A stretch of DNA of 24,000 nucleotides, from positions 21,944-45,943 of the forward strand of contig JAYTSU010000034.1 of NCBI GenBank assembly GCA_043745485.1. The letters are read 5' to 3'. The notes under the pieces were generated by a model. The model saw nothing but the letters and a program-made list of their open reading frames with translations, did not search any database and had not been told where the DNA came from. Source of the DNA: Candidatus Saccharimonadota bacterium (GTDB lineage Bacteria > Patescibacteriota > Saccharimonadia > Saccharimonadales > JACDBH01). Below are positions 23,404 through 24,000 of the stretch, one piece after another; positions within the stretch are counted from its first letter, which is position 1; each line of letters starts with the position of its first letter. A program made the position numbers and the translations under genes.

Positions 23404-24000
23404 CTAACAAGTGATATCAACACGAGCTGTTAATGTACCGTAGTTACTGTAACCCCATGGTTCTTGTAGGGAAACCGTAAGCATGCCGGCAATATGCCCA
23501 TAGATCCCTGGCGATGTACCAACTGGATAACTACGACTGTCATATGTTTTTGCAACACCGTGCGTATCCGCATAAGCTGAACGTATTGAGTATTGATCAT
23601 AATTGTCTTCAACTAATTTTGTAGACATGCTCGTTCCTGTCATGTAGGCTGTATCACTATCTTGAGGCTTTAACCCGTCTACAATAGTAGTAAGTTGATG
23701 CCCTACCATTGGATTACCAAATATATCAGTGTAACTTAGAATTTGACAACTTAGATGTAGCTGATTAGCGGGATTAAAAGTTGGATAATGTTCAGGCATA
23801 CTCAAAACTGTATAACCTGATGCGCTAGTAACGGGACCCGTCCGTGTATCCATTGCCCTGTACGGCTTAATGAGTTGAACACTTCCAGCTGCATAGTAGC
23901 CGCTAACATCAATAAGCATATGGGCTGCAGCCGAAGCAGTTACGCAGACTTGGCCGTTAGCACCTACTTCAACATCAGTCCCATTGGCAATGTCTTGGTT
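23404..24000 (-). CDS. Secreted repeat-domain protein, C-terminal part; the gene continues beyond the window end
   Basis: The frame stays open upstream of the tracked Met at 23919 to the window edge (..NQDIANGTDVEVGANGQVCVTASAAAHMLIDVSGYY). The G-x-V-C-V...H-x-x-x-D-V-x-G-Y-Y / P-x-R-x-x-D-T-R pattern runs across that Met. The true start is therefore probably outside the window. Confidence 0.6.
   Translation of the reverse strand, partial: NQDIANGTDVEVGANGQVCVTASAAAHMLIDVSGYYAAGSVQLIKPYRAMDTRTGPVTSASGYTVLSMPEHYPTFNPANQLHLSCQILSYTDIFGNPMVGHQLTTIVDGLKPQDSDTAYMTGTSMSTKLVEDNYDQYSIRSAYADTHGVAKTYDSRSYPVGTSPGIYGHIAGMLTVSLQEPWGYSNYGTLTARVDITC

Noticed and set aside
1-24000. Alternative genetic code (UGA recoding as in some CPR lineages), CRISPR arrays, rRNA genes and IS elements.
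   Set aside because: Long ORFs terminate normally at TGA, TAA and TAG (for example the antitoxin ends in TGA within the ATGA overlap). No in-frame TGA interrupts recognisable domains. I found no regularly spaced direct repeats with unique spacers, no rRNA-like sequence and no transposase ORF.

Overview
The window looks like it comes from a small-genome, probably monoderm or CPR/Patescibacteria (Saccharibacteria-like) bacterium using the standard genetic code. This taxonomic call is inference from gene content and architecture only. The right two thirds (about 8.05-19.6 kb, all minus strand) is a compact, translationally coupled type IV pilus (T4P) locus. Its order is pilM-pilN-pilO-orf81-pilB-pilT-pilC-pilA-pilD, then three prepilin-type minor pilins and a PilX-like protein. 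No secretin gene is present in the window. Upstream on the same strand are a 1060-aa secreted Thr/Gly/Ser/Asn-rich protein, a membrane-anchored helical protein and a truncated secreted protein.

The left third carries housekeeping genes: a partial GT2 glycosyltransferase, a parvulin/SurA-like PPIase, a bacterial PH-domain protein, ndk and a XerC/D recombinase. It also has three tRNAs (Thr-CGT, Asp-GTC, Arg-CCT) and a small accessory islet next to tRNA-Asp. The islet holds an alpha/beta hydrolase, a RelB/DinJ-RelE/YafQ toxin-antitoxin pair and a DUF1059 protein.

The signals not explained by ordinary annotation are:
1. An approximately 85-nt structured element occurs in three copies. Two inverted copies bracket one gene; a solo copy sits between pilD and the minor pilins. 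Its hairpin shows compensatory changes and strand-specific G-U pairs.
2. A 22-nt direct repeat plus a GCATAAGC box forms a junction motif after each of the three islet cassettes. Its ends resemble the tRNA-Asp 3' end.
3. Operon-leading genes commonly have a -10 box 6-9 nt upstream of the start codon (leaderless-type), often with a TRTG-type extended -10.

No CRISPR array, rRNA gene or transposase was seen.
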